DNA of 64,000 nucleotides from Methanomassiliicoccales archaeon (GTDB taxonomy: Archaea > Thermoplasmatota > Thermoplasmata > RBG-16-68-12 > SOIM01). A program made the translations under genes and the position numbers. Below, one piece after another: positions 44,912 to 53,338 of the stretch. Location: the NCBI GenBank assembly GCA_004377185.1, contig SOIM01000059.1:10999-74998 (forward strand), given 5' to 3'. How positions within the stretch are numbered: the stretch's first letter is position 1; every line of letters begins with the position of its first letter. Below the pieces are notes generated by a model, which was not told the origin of the DNA, made no database searches, and saw nothing but the letters and a program-made list of their open reading frames with translations.

Positions 44912-45529
44912 ATGATAGAAGAAGCGCTTTACGGTTTCTTCAAAGGACTTGGGCCTGTTGGAGGGCTGGTTGCCATTTTTCTAATCTTCTATATCGACGC
45001 CATGATTTTCCCCCTTCTCCCCGAGCTCTTTGCCGTCTTCATATTCACAGTCCATCCAACCTTGGAATGGGGATTGATAGTGATTGTTATCGCAGAAATA
45101 GGGACCGTCCTCGGCAATTCGACCTTGTATTTTGCAGTGAAGAAGATTGGGATGCCAAAATTCCTGGAGCGAGTGATGAACAAATATGTCAATTTCCTGT
45201 TCTTGAAGGACGAAAGACTGATCCTATCAAATCGAATCGCACCTGTTGTACCCTTTATTGGGGCGTTCATGGCCGCGTGCAACTGGAGTTACAAGAAATC
45301 GATGTTGTACATTGCTACGGGAGGCCTGATAAAATACTCCATCCTCTTGACACTCGTGGGCATCTTCCACCTCACCATTGAAGCGACTATGGCTCGAACC
45401 GTAACCTTGATAATGGTGGTCACAGTCATTGTCTTGAGTGTTGTCATGGCCTTTCTGAGAATCAGAAAAGAGAAGAAACGATTAGCGGAGATGGAGACAG
45501 AGAAGAAGGAAACTGAAGACGGGTGTTAG
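44912..45529 (+). CDS. DedA/VTT-domain-like integral membrane protein
   Basis: Multiple TM helices, with FPLLPELF and RIAPVVPFIGAFMA motifs reminiscent of DedA. The ATG at 44912 follows GGGAG. The ORF-track GTG at 44852 remains possible. Confidence 0.55.
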   Translation: MIEEALYGFFKGLGPVGGLVAIFLIFYIDAMIFPLLPELFAVFIFTVHPTLEWGLIVIVIAEIGTVLGNSTLYFAVKKIGMPKFLERVMNKYVNFLFLKDERLILSNRIAPVVPFIGAFMAACNWSYKKSMLYIATGGLIKYSILLTLVGIFHLTIEATMARTVTLIMVVTVIVLSVVMAFLRIRKEKKRLAEMETEKKETEDGC

Positions 45530-46827
45530 CTACGGCGATAGGCATTCTCGGAGGCGGTTTGACTGGGCTGACCTTAGGTTCATTACTCCCGGAATCCGAA
45601 GTCCTGGAGAGGGATGAGGTTGTGGGTGGCCTCTGCCGAAGCAGGACAACGAACGGATTCACCTACGACATCGGAGGGTCCCACGTCCTGTTTTCCAGAA
45701 ACAAGAGCACCATGAGATACATGGAAGAGGCCCTGGGAAACAACATAGAGAGGAGAGTCAGGAACACCAAGATTTTCTTCAAGGGGAAGTACCTGAAGTA
45801 TCCTTTTGAGAACGGCCTGTCCGACCTTTCGCCAGAGGACAATTTCGAATGCCTGACTGGTTACATCCAGAGCTACTATGCCAGGCACATGAATGAATCA
45901 CCCAGGCCTCAGAACTTCGAGGAGTGGATGTACTACCGTTTCGGCAAGGGAATCACCGAGAAGTATCTCCTCCCCTACAATGAGAAGATCTGGAAGATCA
46001 GAGCAAGAGAGATGAGCCTGAAATGGATAGAGGGCAGGATACCAGATCCCCCCATTGAAGACGTCATCAAGTCCTCACTGGGCATCCGGACGGAAGGATA
46101 TGTGCACCAACTGAATTTTCTCTATCCTAGGACAGGTGGCATCCAGGCTCTCACGGACAAAATCGCGGAGAAGTGCAGTTCCGTTAGAACGAATTGTGAA
46201 GTCAAGAGAATCTCGAAGGAAAGGAACGAATTCCTGGTTCAGCTTTCAGAATCCGAGATGTCATACTCCAAACTGGTTTCCACCATCCCGCTTCCGAGCC
46301 TCATCAAATGCCTGGATAATGTGCCAGAAGAGGTTGAAAGGGCCGCTGGCGAATTGAAGTACAATTCCCTAATCTCAATCATACTGGGAATGTCGGTCCC
46401 AAAGACCAAAGACTACTCGTGGGTGTATTTCCCGGGGGAGACGGGATTGTTCCACAGGGTCAGTTTTCCTTCGAACTACAGCCCGGAGGTCGCCCCCGAG
46501 GGCAACTGCAGCGTACTTGCGGAGATTACATGCCACCAAGGTGACAGGATATGGAATATGTCCGATGCAGAGCTTGTCGAGGATACCGTGAAGGGACTGG
46601 ACGAGCTTGAAGTCATCAGAAAAGATGATGTCGTCTTCTCAGATTTGACGAGAATGACGCCTGCCTACGTCATCTATGACGTGGAGTATGACAGAAACAT
46701 CAAGATTGTGAAAGACTTCATCAGACAGCAGGGAATAGAGATTTGCGGAAGATTCGGTGAGTTCGAGTACCTAAACATGGATGCCTGCATAGAGAGAGCG
46801 ATGTCATTGGCAGATGATATCAAGTGA
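45523..46827 (+). CDS. FAD/NAD(P)-binding oxidoreductase (amine-oxidase / UDP-galactopyranose-mutase-like)
   Basis: N-terminal dinucleotide-binding motif IGILGGGLTGLTLG. Embedded between glycosyltransferase genes. GTG start overlapping the previous stop. Confidence 0.7.
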   Translation: MLATAIGILGGGLTGLTLGSLLPESEVLERDEVVGGLCRSRTTNGFTYDIGGSHVLFSRNKSTMRYMEEALGNNIERRVRNTKIFFKGKYLKYPFENGLSDLSPEDNFECLTGYIQSYYARHMNESPRPQNFEEWMYYRFGKGITEKYLLPYNEKIWKIRAREMSLKWIEGRIPDPPIEDVIKSSLGIRTEGYVHQLNFLYPRTGGIQALTDKIAEKCSSVRTNCEVKRISKERNEFLVQLSESEMSYSKLVSTIPLPSLIKCLDNVPEEVERAAGELKYNSLISIILGMSVPKTKDYSWVYFPGETGLFHRVSFPSNYSPEVAPEGNCSVLAEITCHQGDRIWNMSDAELVEDTVKGLDELEVIRKDDVVFSDLTRMTPAYVIYDVEYDRNIKIVKDFIRQQGIEICGRFGEFEYLNMDACIERAMSLADDIK

Positions 46828-47543
46828 AAGAGATGAAGAGAATATCAGTTGTTGTTCCAACCTACGAAGAGGAGAGATCAATCGAGACCTTCCTCCAGCA
46901 ATTCGAAAGACAGACTGTCCCGAGATCAGAATATGAGATCATAATCGTGGATGGAGACAGCGAGGACAGGACCCGGGAAATCGCTGAGGGATATGTTGAC
47001 AAAGTTATCGTTCAGAAGGGGGAAGGAATTGGCGGAGCCAGAAACGACGGGGTGGATATCGCCAGCACTCCTCTCGTCGCAACCACGGACGCGGACACCA
47101 TCCTTCCGGATAGATGGCTGGAAATCATGCTGGATCACTTTGAGAACGATGAGAGTGTTGTGGCAGTAGTGGGTCCAGACGGTCCGATTGAGAGGTCGAT
47201 CAAGGCAAGAATGGTGTACTTCTTTCTCAGGAACATCATCCATCTTGGAACCTTCTTTGGGTTCTACACCACTGGAGGGACGAATTCAGGCTTTCGGAGA
47301 TCCGCCTTTCTGGAAGTGGGTGGCTACAAATCCCTTCCGCACTCGGACGACGTGGAGATTGGGTTCAGGCTGAAGAAGGTTGGAAGGATAGTGTACGACA
47401 GTGACTTGTACGTGAGACTGTCAGTCAGGCGCATGGAGAAGAATGGATACATGAAGACTCTCTTGACATGGCTTAAGGGCGATCTGAGAATCATGTTCGG
47501 CCTGGACGTGAGAGGAGAGGGATACGCAAGACAGAAATACTGA
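46824..47543 (+). CDS. glycosyltransferase family 2
   Basis: ISVVVPTYEEERSI, IIVDGDSEDRT and TDADT (DxD-like). The start is GTG 46824 (GTGA overlap) or ATG 46833. Confidence 0.85.
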   Translation: MKEMKRISVVVPTYEEERSIETFLQQFERQTVPRSEYEIIIVDGDSEDRTREIAEGYVDKVIVQKGEGIGGARNDGVDIASTPLVATTDADTILPDRWLEIMLDHFENDESVVAVVGPDGPIERSIKARMVYFFLRNIIHLGTFFGFYTTGGTNSGFRRSAFLEVGGYKSLPHSDDVEIGFRLKKVGRIVYDSDLYVRLSVRRMEKNGYMKTLLTWLKGDLRIMFGLDVRGEGYARQKY

Positions 47544-47557
47544 GGTAAGTCCCCTCA

Positions 47558-48502
47558 TTATCTCTTGACTATCTTCACCACCGTGACTTCATAAATAAGG
47601 CTCTTCCCAGCCTTTTCCGAGTTGAAATCCGCCACAAAGGTCCCTGCATCTTCATCGAGACCAACGAGGATGAACCAACCCTCACTCGGAGATTTGGCCA
47701 TCAAATTGTTAGCGTCCTCCGCGCTTATGAGATGTCTCAGAACGATTTCTCCTTTCCCTTCATTGGCCGCGCTATCTATTGAGACGACCTCAGATTCGAA
47801 GGTCTCGTATGGGGTGACTCTCTGACCCTCAGTAGGCGAATTTCTTATCGTGAGCTCTGCGATATCTCCGACATGTTCTTCCTTGATGATCCTGACATCC
47901 CAACCCCATGCAGGGTCATGATATGTTGCGTTCACGATAATCTCCACTTCTCCCATTCTCTGAAGGAATTCAATAGACGTCAAGACCTCAACTTGGTCCA
48001 ACGTTTCCATGAGGCTGAGCGTCACTATCTTCGAGGGATCTGGGTCACCAAAAGCCTCGAAAGACTTTAACGGGATATGCCTTGACTCACCCTCCCGCAT
48101 TCCAATCATTTCGTCTAATAGGATATTCCCATCGTTAATCATTCCAGTGAAGTTCACGAAGTCCAACGGGGATATGCCGTCTCCGATCGTCACGTTTATG
48201 GGCTCGAACACGTCAGTCTCAGGCCAACGAAAGGAGAGAGCCTTGGTATAGGTTTCATTGTCTATGGCCACATCATACATCGAGGTCTCAAACACCTTGC
48301 GAGTGTTCTCAAAACGCCCTACATACTCGAACTCAACGATATCGTCTTCGTCAATAACAACAGTCGATGGAGTGGTATGTGGAGACTTTGAGGAAATCTG
48401 GTAGAGCATGATGCCTAATCCTGCTGTGACGAGTATGAGCACAATGACTATCACAGCAAATACGTCTGCAGCGGATGCACGGTCCTTTTCCAGTCGGTTC
48501 AT
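47558..48502 (-). CDS. membrane-anchored extracytoplasmic FKBP-type peptidyl-prolyl isomerase-like protein (with a large insert)
   Basis: N-terminal TM helix (VFAVIVIVLILVTAGLGIML). Also DDIVEFEYVGRFENTRKVFETS, IGMREGESRHIPL..AFG, and the C-terminal GKSLIYEVTVVKIV. Confidence 0.55.
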   Translation of the reverse strand: MNRLEKDRASAADVFAVIVIVLILVTAGLGIMLYQISSKSPHTTPSTVVIDEDDIVEFEYVGRFENTRKVFETSMYDVAIDNETYTKALSFRWPETDVFEPINVTIGDGISPLDFVNFTGMINDGNILLDEMIGMREGESRHIPLKSFEAFGDPDPSKIVTLSLMETLDQVEVLTSIEFLQRMGEVEIIVNATYHDPAWGWDVRIIKEEHVGDIAELTIRNSPTEGQRVTPYETFESEVVSIDSAANEGKGEIVLRHLISAEDANNLMAKSPSEGWFILVGLDEDAGTFVADFNSEKAGKSLIYEVTVVKIVKR

Positions 48503-48637
48503 CGCGATTTTCGTGTTATGAGTACGGATTTAATAAACATTGTGGTCTGGAACTCGTGTTCAGCTGGTTTGATGGCCCTTTCCAACTGGACTGTTGGCGC
48601 GGTAGATTTATCACAGAAGTTGTCATTTGGACACATT

Positions 48638-48784
48638 ATGGTGAGGAAAGTCCTGACCTGCCCCCAGTGCGGATCAGATGATTTGTACTACGAAACGGCA
48701 TTGATCACTGGTTACAAATACCACTGCAAGAGATGTCACTACATAGGGGCCTTTGTCGTGGAAGTGGATGTGGAAGATGAGTGA
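48638..48784 (+). CDS. small zinc-ribbon protein (48 aa, hypothetical)
   Basis: MVRKVLTCPQCGSDDLYYE...YHCKRCHYIG contains CPxC...CxxC. I prefer the internal ATG at 48638 over the ORF-track start at 48518. Confidence 0.4.
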   Translation: MVRKVLTCPQCGSDDLYYETALITGYKYHCKRCHYIGAFVVEVDVEDE

Positions 48785-48851
48785 GTCTGCATTCTCTCCA
48801 GAGTTCTGGTCGGGTAAGAAAATCTATCCATGGGCGAGAATCCGAGCATAA

Positions 48852-50060
48852 CTAAGCGAACATGGCCCCAGGTTCTTCGCTCTTTTGCAGAGCTGTGGCC
48901 ATAACCTTTTCCGTAGATCTCTCGAAATCGGCCATGGTCACAACATATCTGTCCTCCCTAATGGCGAACATTCCAGCCTCTGTGCATATGGCCTTTATGT
49001 CTGCACCCGTAGCACCCTCGCACCTCGAAGCCAGTGTGCCGAAGTTTATGCTCTTGGATATGTTCATCTTCCGTATGTGGATCTCGAAGATGTCCAGTCT
49101 TCCCTCCTGACTGGGGATGGGGATCTCGATTATCCGGTCGAATCTGCCTGGCCTGAGGAGAGCCTCGTCCAGAATATCGGGTCTGTTGGTGGCCGCGATT
49201 ATCTTCACATTGCCAATCGGATTGAAGCCATCGAGCTCGGCCAGAAGTTGCATTAGCGTCCTCTGGACCTCTCTGTCACCTGAGGTGGCAACCTCCAGCC
49301 TCTTCGCACCTATGGCGTCTATCTCATCGATGAAAACGATTGTTGGGGCTTTCTCACGTGCCAGCTCGAAGAGTTCGCGAACAAGTCTGGCACCCTCCCC
49401 TATGTATTTCTGTACAAGCTCGGACCCTACGAACCTGATGAACACGGCATTGGTCTTGTTGGCAACGGCCTTGGCGAGCAATGTCTTTCCAGTGCCTGGA
49501 GGACCAATCAGAAGAACTCCCTTGGGGGGCTCTATTCCAACCTTCTTGTACAAGTCCGGCTTCAGGAGTGGATCCTCGACCGCTTCCTTCACATCCCTTA
49601 TCTGATCTTCCAAACCGCCAACGTCCTTATAGGTGGTCTCTGGCTTCTCCAAAAGCTCAGCACCCATGACCACCGGGTCCAACGATGGAGGAAGGACTCC
49701 CATGACGGCCAGGGTCTGCTTGTTGAGGGCAACCCGCGCACCTATCACCACGTTATCTTTCCCTATGTAGTCCGCAGTGTTGACAATGAAATCCGGGCCG
49801 GTGGAGCTCTTGACCACAACCCGTCCGTCCGCCAGGATGTCCTTTATGCTCCCAATGATCAACGGGGGAGTCTTCAAACGCTCCATTTCCGTCTTCAACC
49901 TCTTGATTTCCTTTTGTAGTCTGATGAGTTCCCCCTCGATGAACCTCTTCTCGCCTTCGATACGCCTAGAATTCTCGAGCAGTCTGTCATTCTTGTCTTC
50001 CAGATGGGAGATTCTCTCTGAAAGTTTCTGCGAAAACTCCTTGATTTGGTCGTTGTCCAG
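48852..50060 (-). CDS. pan: proteasome-activating nucleotidase (PAN, AAA+ ATPase); the 5' end is provisional
   Basis: Walker [16 protein letters not shown], Walker [11 protein letters not shown], and the OB region [29 protein letters not shown]. The ORF-track TTG at 49898 removes the coiled coil. The frame stays open to 50156 and encodes ...[53 protein letters not shown]. It contains no ATG/GTG/TTG. The 50060 boundary is a CTG 7 nt after GGGGG(TGA). Confidence 0.85.
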   Translation of the reverse strand: MDNDQIKEFSQKLSERISHLEDKNDRLLENSRRIEGEKRFIEGELIRLQKEIKRLKTEMERLKTPPLIIGSIKDILADGRVVVKSSTGPDFIVNTADYIGKDNVVIGARVALNKQTLAVMGVLPPSLDPVVMGAELLEKPETTYKDVGGLEDQIRDVKEAVEDPLLKPDLYKKVGIEPPKGVLLIGPPGTGKTLLAKAVANKTNAVFIRFVGSELVQKYIGEGARLVRELFELAREKAPTIVFIDEIDAIGAKRLEVATSGDREVQRTLMQLLAELDGFNPIGNVKIIAATNRPDILDEALLRPGRFDRIIEIPIPSQEGRLDIFEIHIRKMNISKSINFGTLASRCEGATGADIKAICTEAGMFAIREDRYVVTMADFERSTEKVMATALQKSEEPGAMFA

Positions 50061-50144
50061 AAGGTCACCCCCTCGCTGGGTTTTTTCTATCGTTAGGTAT
50101 ATATTCGCTTCAGCGTATTTATGTGTTGCGTCGGTGGTCTGATA

Positions 50145-50624
50145 TTGCTTTGCGAATTATGCGGTGTGGAAGTGCCCAGGACGAGAAGAGTGATAGTCGA
50201 GGGGACGACTCTAAATGTATGCAGCAATTGCTCGAAGTTCGGAGTGGCTCCACAGAAAAGTGAGGATCGGAAAGCCCCTCCAATCGTGAGCAGGCTGGAG
50301 AGGGCCAAGAGGAGGTTCCGACCAAGGGACGTCTACGAGAAGGATGTGGACGTCCTAGTGAGCGATTACAGTTCCAGGATACAGGATGCCAGGACGAAGA
50401 TGGGGCTCAGTCAGGAGGAATTTGGAAAGAGGCTCAACGAGAAGTGGAGCGTGATAAACAGGCTCGAAACGGGTGACTTGCGCCCAGATGACAAACTGGT
50501 TGCCAAGCTGGAGAGAACACTGGGCATAAAGCTGAGGGAGAAGTTCACACCTCAGAAGGTCGAAAAAAAGAAGTCCGGACAGGCCCTGACCATAGGGGAC
50601 CTCATCCGAGAGGAGAAGGAATGA
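50145..50624 (+). CDS. archaeal multiprotein-bridging factor 1 (aMBF1: N-terminal zinc ribbon plus an XRE-type HTH)
   Basis: (M)LCELCG...VCSNCSKFG zinc ribbon, and the [27 protein letters not shown] prefer the TTG at 50145 (7 nt after GGTGG), which gives the usual MxCExCG start. The ATG at 50121 is the alternative. Confidence 0.8.
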   Translation: MLCELCGVEVPRTRRVIVEGTTLNVCSNCSKFGVAPQKSEDRKAPPIVSRLERAKRRFRPRDVYEKDVDVLVSDYSSRIQDARTKMGLSQEEFGKRLNEKWSVINRLETGDLRPDDKLVAKLERTLGIKLREKFTPQKVEKKKSGQALTIGDLIREEKE

Positions 50625-50878
50625 AAAGGGCCCCGCTATACATTCTTGTCGTATCGGTTGCCATAATAGTTGTTTTTCTGGGCTACGCCCTCTATCTCAA
50701 TCTGACGGAACACCCAACAGGCCAATCTGGACTTGACCTGGTGTGCGCGATCGTTTTCATCGTATTTGCCTTCATTGCCATAGAATTGCTCTTCAAACCG
50801 CACCTGTTTCTGCGTCCGCGAGAGGAAGTTGCAGAACCTGAAGAAGAGCGTGAAGAGAGAAAGGAATCAGGACCCTGA
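50621..50878 (+). CDS. small two-TM membrane protein with an acidic tail (hypothetical)
   Basis: YILVVSVAIIVVFLGYALYL and LVCAIVFIVFAFIAIELLF helices. There is an ATGA overlap with the aMBF1 stop. Confidence 0.5.
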   Translation: MKRAPLYILVVSVAIIVVFLGYALYLNLTEHPTGQSGLDLVCAIVFIVFAFIAIELLFKPHLFLRPREEVAEPEEEREERKESGP

Positions 50879-51346
50879 CTTGAGCCTTTCCAGAATCTCC
50901 TTTTCCACTTCACCCAGAAAACCAGACATGTCCAAGCCCTGTTCTTCCCCCGCCAGCATGGTAGCAACCTCTATTTCGACCTCCATCTTCTCCTGGATGG
51001 CGTTAATCCTGGAAATGATGTCCTTCCTCTCAACGTCAATGTGCGAAAGCAGGTGATCCAGTATCTTTGCAAACAGTTCCTCTTTGGGTGGCATCTCAAG
51101 AATTGCAGGGGATGGGGTGAAATCCAACGGGATGTCTACGCCCGAAATCTCGAAATTGGGGGTTATCCGTCCATCCTGGACCGAGATGGCTCCCCTCGCA
51201 ATCGCTGTGTCCAGAAGCTTCTGAGAATCCTTTGGCGGGAACCATCTCATATCCATGGACGCGGAGAAAACGAACTCCTTCTCTGACATATGTGAGCGGC
51301 CTTTTCTTTTGAACAACAGTGCTATTGTTCTCTTCAGTTCATCCAA
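50867..51346 (-). CDS. conserved archaeal hypothetical protein (DUF2240-like)
   Basis: 159 aa. MDELKRTIALLFKRKGRSHMSEKEFVFSASMDMRWFPPKDSQKLLD resembles my memory of the DUF2240 family. It lies immediately downstream of the HisA/F-like gene. Confidence 0.4.
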   Translation of the reverse strand: MDELKRTIALLFKRKGRSHMSEKEFVFSASMDMRWFPPKDSQKLLDTAIARGAISVQDGRITPNFEISGVDIPLDFTPSPAILEMPPKEELFAKILDHLLSHIDVERKDIISRINAIQEKMEVEIEVATMLAGEEQGLDMSGFLGEVEKEILERLKSGS

Positions 51347-51347
51347 A

Positions 51348-51974
51348 TCAGATCAGCTCCTTGACATCAACGACAATACCACGAATCCCGGTCTCCGCAT
51401 ACCTCGCTGGGTCGGACCGGGTAAGAGTACCCAGATACAGTTCCAATCCATCCGAAAGACCGTGTAACATGCTTGGGTAGGGATCTCCTCTTCCTTCTTC
51501 CATGTAGATTCCCACGTCCAGGCCGATTTGCGCAGCCTCTTCAAGAAGGTTCCTGGGACTCCTCTCAAATTCTTCGGCCAAGGCGACGGTCTTTCCGTCA
51601 ATTGCGTCCACCTGAAAGACAAGCTGGTCTGACAGCTCGTTCGCTTTCTTGACTTCATCCATTCCAACCAGCGTCCTTGTGTTCATCACAACCTTCTCCG
51701 CTCCGGCCACGAAAATGTCTATCACGTTCTCTGCCAACCTCGCTCCAGCGTCAACCCATATAGGCTTGGTCTCGAATTCTTTGATGAATTTGAGCCGTGG
51801 CCTATTGTTGAAAACGCCCACCAAGTCCACGATCAGGGCTTTCCCATGTTCGTCCAGCATGCGATTTATCACCTGCAGTGCGTCAACATCCATTGAGAAA
51901 TACTCGTCCCCCTCTTGATAGACTATTTCTCCCTTGATAACCAGAATCCGGGGGAGAATGTCGATTTCGGCCAC
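51348..51974 (-). CDS. HisA/HisF-like (beta/alpha)8-barrel family protein
   Basis: 208 aa. The pattern ALIVDLVGV...VDAGAR...GAEKVVMNTRTL...GIVVDV resembles phosphate-binding barrel proteins of the HisA/HisF family. The assignment is tentative. Confidence 0.45.
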   Translation of the reverse strand: MAEIDILPRILVIKGEIVYQEGDEYFSMDVDALQVINRMLDEHGKALIVDLVGVFNNRPRLKFIKEFETKPIWVDAGARLAENVIDIFVAGAEKVVMNTRTLVGMDEVKKANELSDQLVFQVDAIDGKTVALAEEFERSPRNLLEEAAQIGLDVGIYMEEGRGDPYPSMLHGLSDGLELYLGTLTRSDPARYAETGIRGIVVDVKELI

Positions 51975-52058
51975 TCGGTTCCAAACGAAAAATGGGTAGA
52001 TAAACTATTTGGTGCGTCAGTAAGTTTTAATATCCAAGAACCAATAAATGTTACCAAG

Positions 52059-52925
52059 ATGGCGAAAAGAAGGAAAGTGGAAATCGAAGAAGGAATGGTC
52101 GAGTGCCACTACTGCAAGAAGATGGTCTTGGAGAGTGCTTGGAGATGTCCTAGTTGCAGGAAATGGTTCAGGGAAGGGAAGATCGGTATTCTTGGGATAG
52201 TTTTGATTCTTGCCCTCGTAATCGCATTGGTCTTGTACCTGGTCAAGCCTACTTTGCTCTTCGGGGAGGACGGAGAGACCACTGAGAAGGAATACAATGT
52301 GAATCTTTCTCTGGACACAGGCCCTCAAATGCACAAAGCGGGACAGGGAGGCTATACCGAATACGCAATTCGTGTCACAAACCTGGCAAATGCGGCTGAC
52401 ACCATCCAGTTCAGCTCTGAAGGAACCTCTCCACTGGTTGTGACGTTCGACGAGAGCATCCCCATGGCACCCGGAGATCAAGACATAACCATCATCAAGG
52501 TGGACGTGCCGAGCGTAACACCTTTGGGTTCATACGATTTCAGAATCTATGCGACCTCCAGATCGGATCCGGCCGCAAAAGATCTTGTCGATCTCACGGT
52601 AGAGGTTGTCACATTGAGCGAAAGATACGTGATTACTACGGACAAGGTTCAGGTTCACTACGCCCTCTGGCTATCGGAGGGAGATTTCTGGGAGAGCTCG
52701 TACCAAAGAGGGGAGACCCTCCTAGTCTCAGTGGACCCGGAAAACGAGGATGTTACATACATTGAAGTGATACCCGGGTTTTATGAGGGCCTTCCTGGCA
52801 TGAAGAGGGGAGAGATAAAAGTCGTAGTAGTGCCGCCAAGCAAAGGATATACGAATCCAGATGCCGAACTCTGGGGAAAAACCCTCATCTTCCAGATAGA
52901 ACTAGTCAGCATAGACACCGCTTGA
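52059..52925 (+). CDS. zinc-ribbon / TM / extracytoplasmic FKBP-type PPIase domain protein
   Basis: ATG at 52059. CHYCKK...CPSCRK ribbon, TM helix ILGIVLILALVIALVLYLV, and a C-terminal FKBP signature DKVQVHYALWLSEGDFWESS...VIPGFYEGLPGMKRGEIKVVVVPPSKGY...GKTLIFQIELVSI. Confidence 0.65.
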   Translation: MAKRRKVEIEEGMVECHYCKKMVLESAWRCPSCRKWFREGKIGILGIVLILALVIALVLYLVKPTLLFGEDGETTEKEYNVNLSLDTGPQMHKAGQGGYTEYAIRVTNLANAADTIQFSSEGTSPLVVTFDESIPMAPGDQDITIIKVDVPSVTPLGSYDFRIYATSRSDPAAKDLVDLTVEVVTLSERYVITTDKVQVHYALWLSEGDFWESSYQRGETLLVSVDPENEDVTYIEVIPGFYEGLPGMKRGEIKVVVVPPSKGYTNPDAELWGKTLIFQIELVSIDTA

Positions 52926-53338
52926 ACAGCAACACTTTTATCCTTGTTCTGCAGATATTCCTATTGCTCCAGTCGAAGACCGCAGGGATCAATGAACTGC
53001 GGAGCAAGCTGGAGCGGGTATCGAACAATGGGTCCCTCTATGATTTCCGCGCGACGCGGTTCAATGATTGGAGGACAACCCCGGTATCCAACAAACCCTC
53101 GGCAAGGGTCAGGGCGAGGAGATCGCGTTGCGTACCATGATTCGGGCTGTTACTGCCGAGGGAAATCCCACCCGGTTTTTGAGAGAACCATTTGCAACGT
53201 CCTCTTGTCCTACGACGCTCCGAGAATCCCAATCGTGAAAATCACTTTCGATAGTCGGACGCTCAATACCATATACACTCTTGATACAATTAACGCATAG
53301 TCGAATATCAGAACCTTAACCAACTCTAGGTAGGTTCC

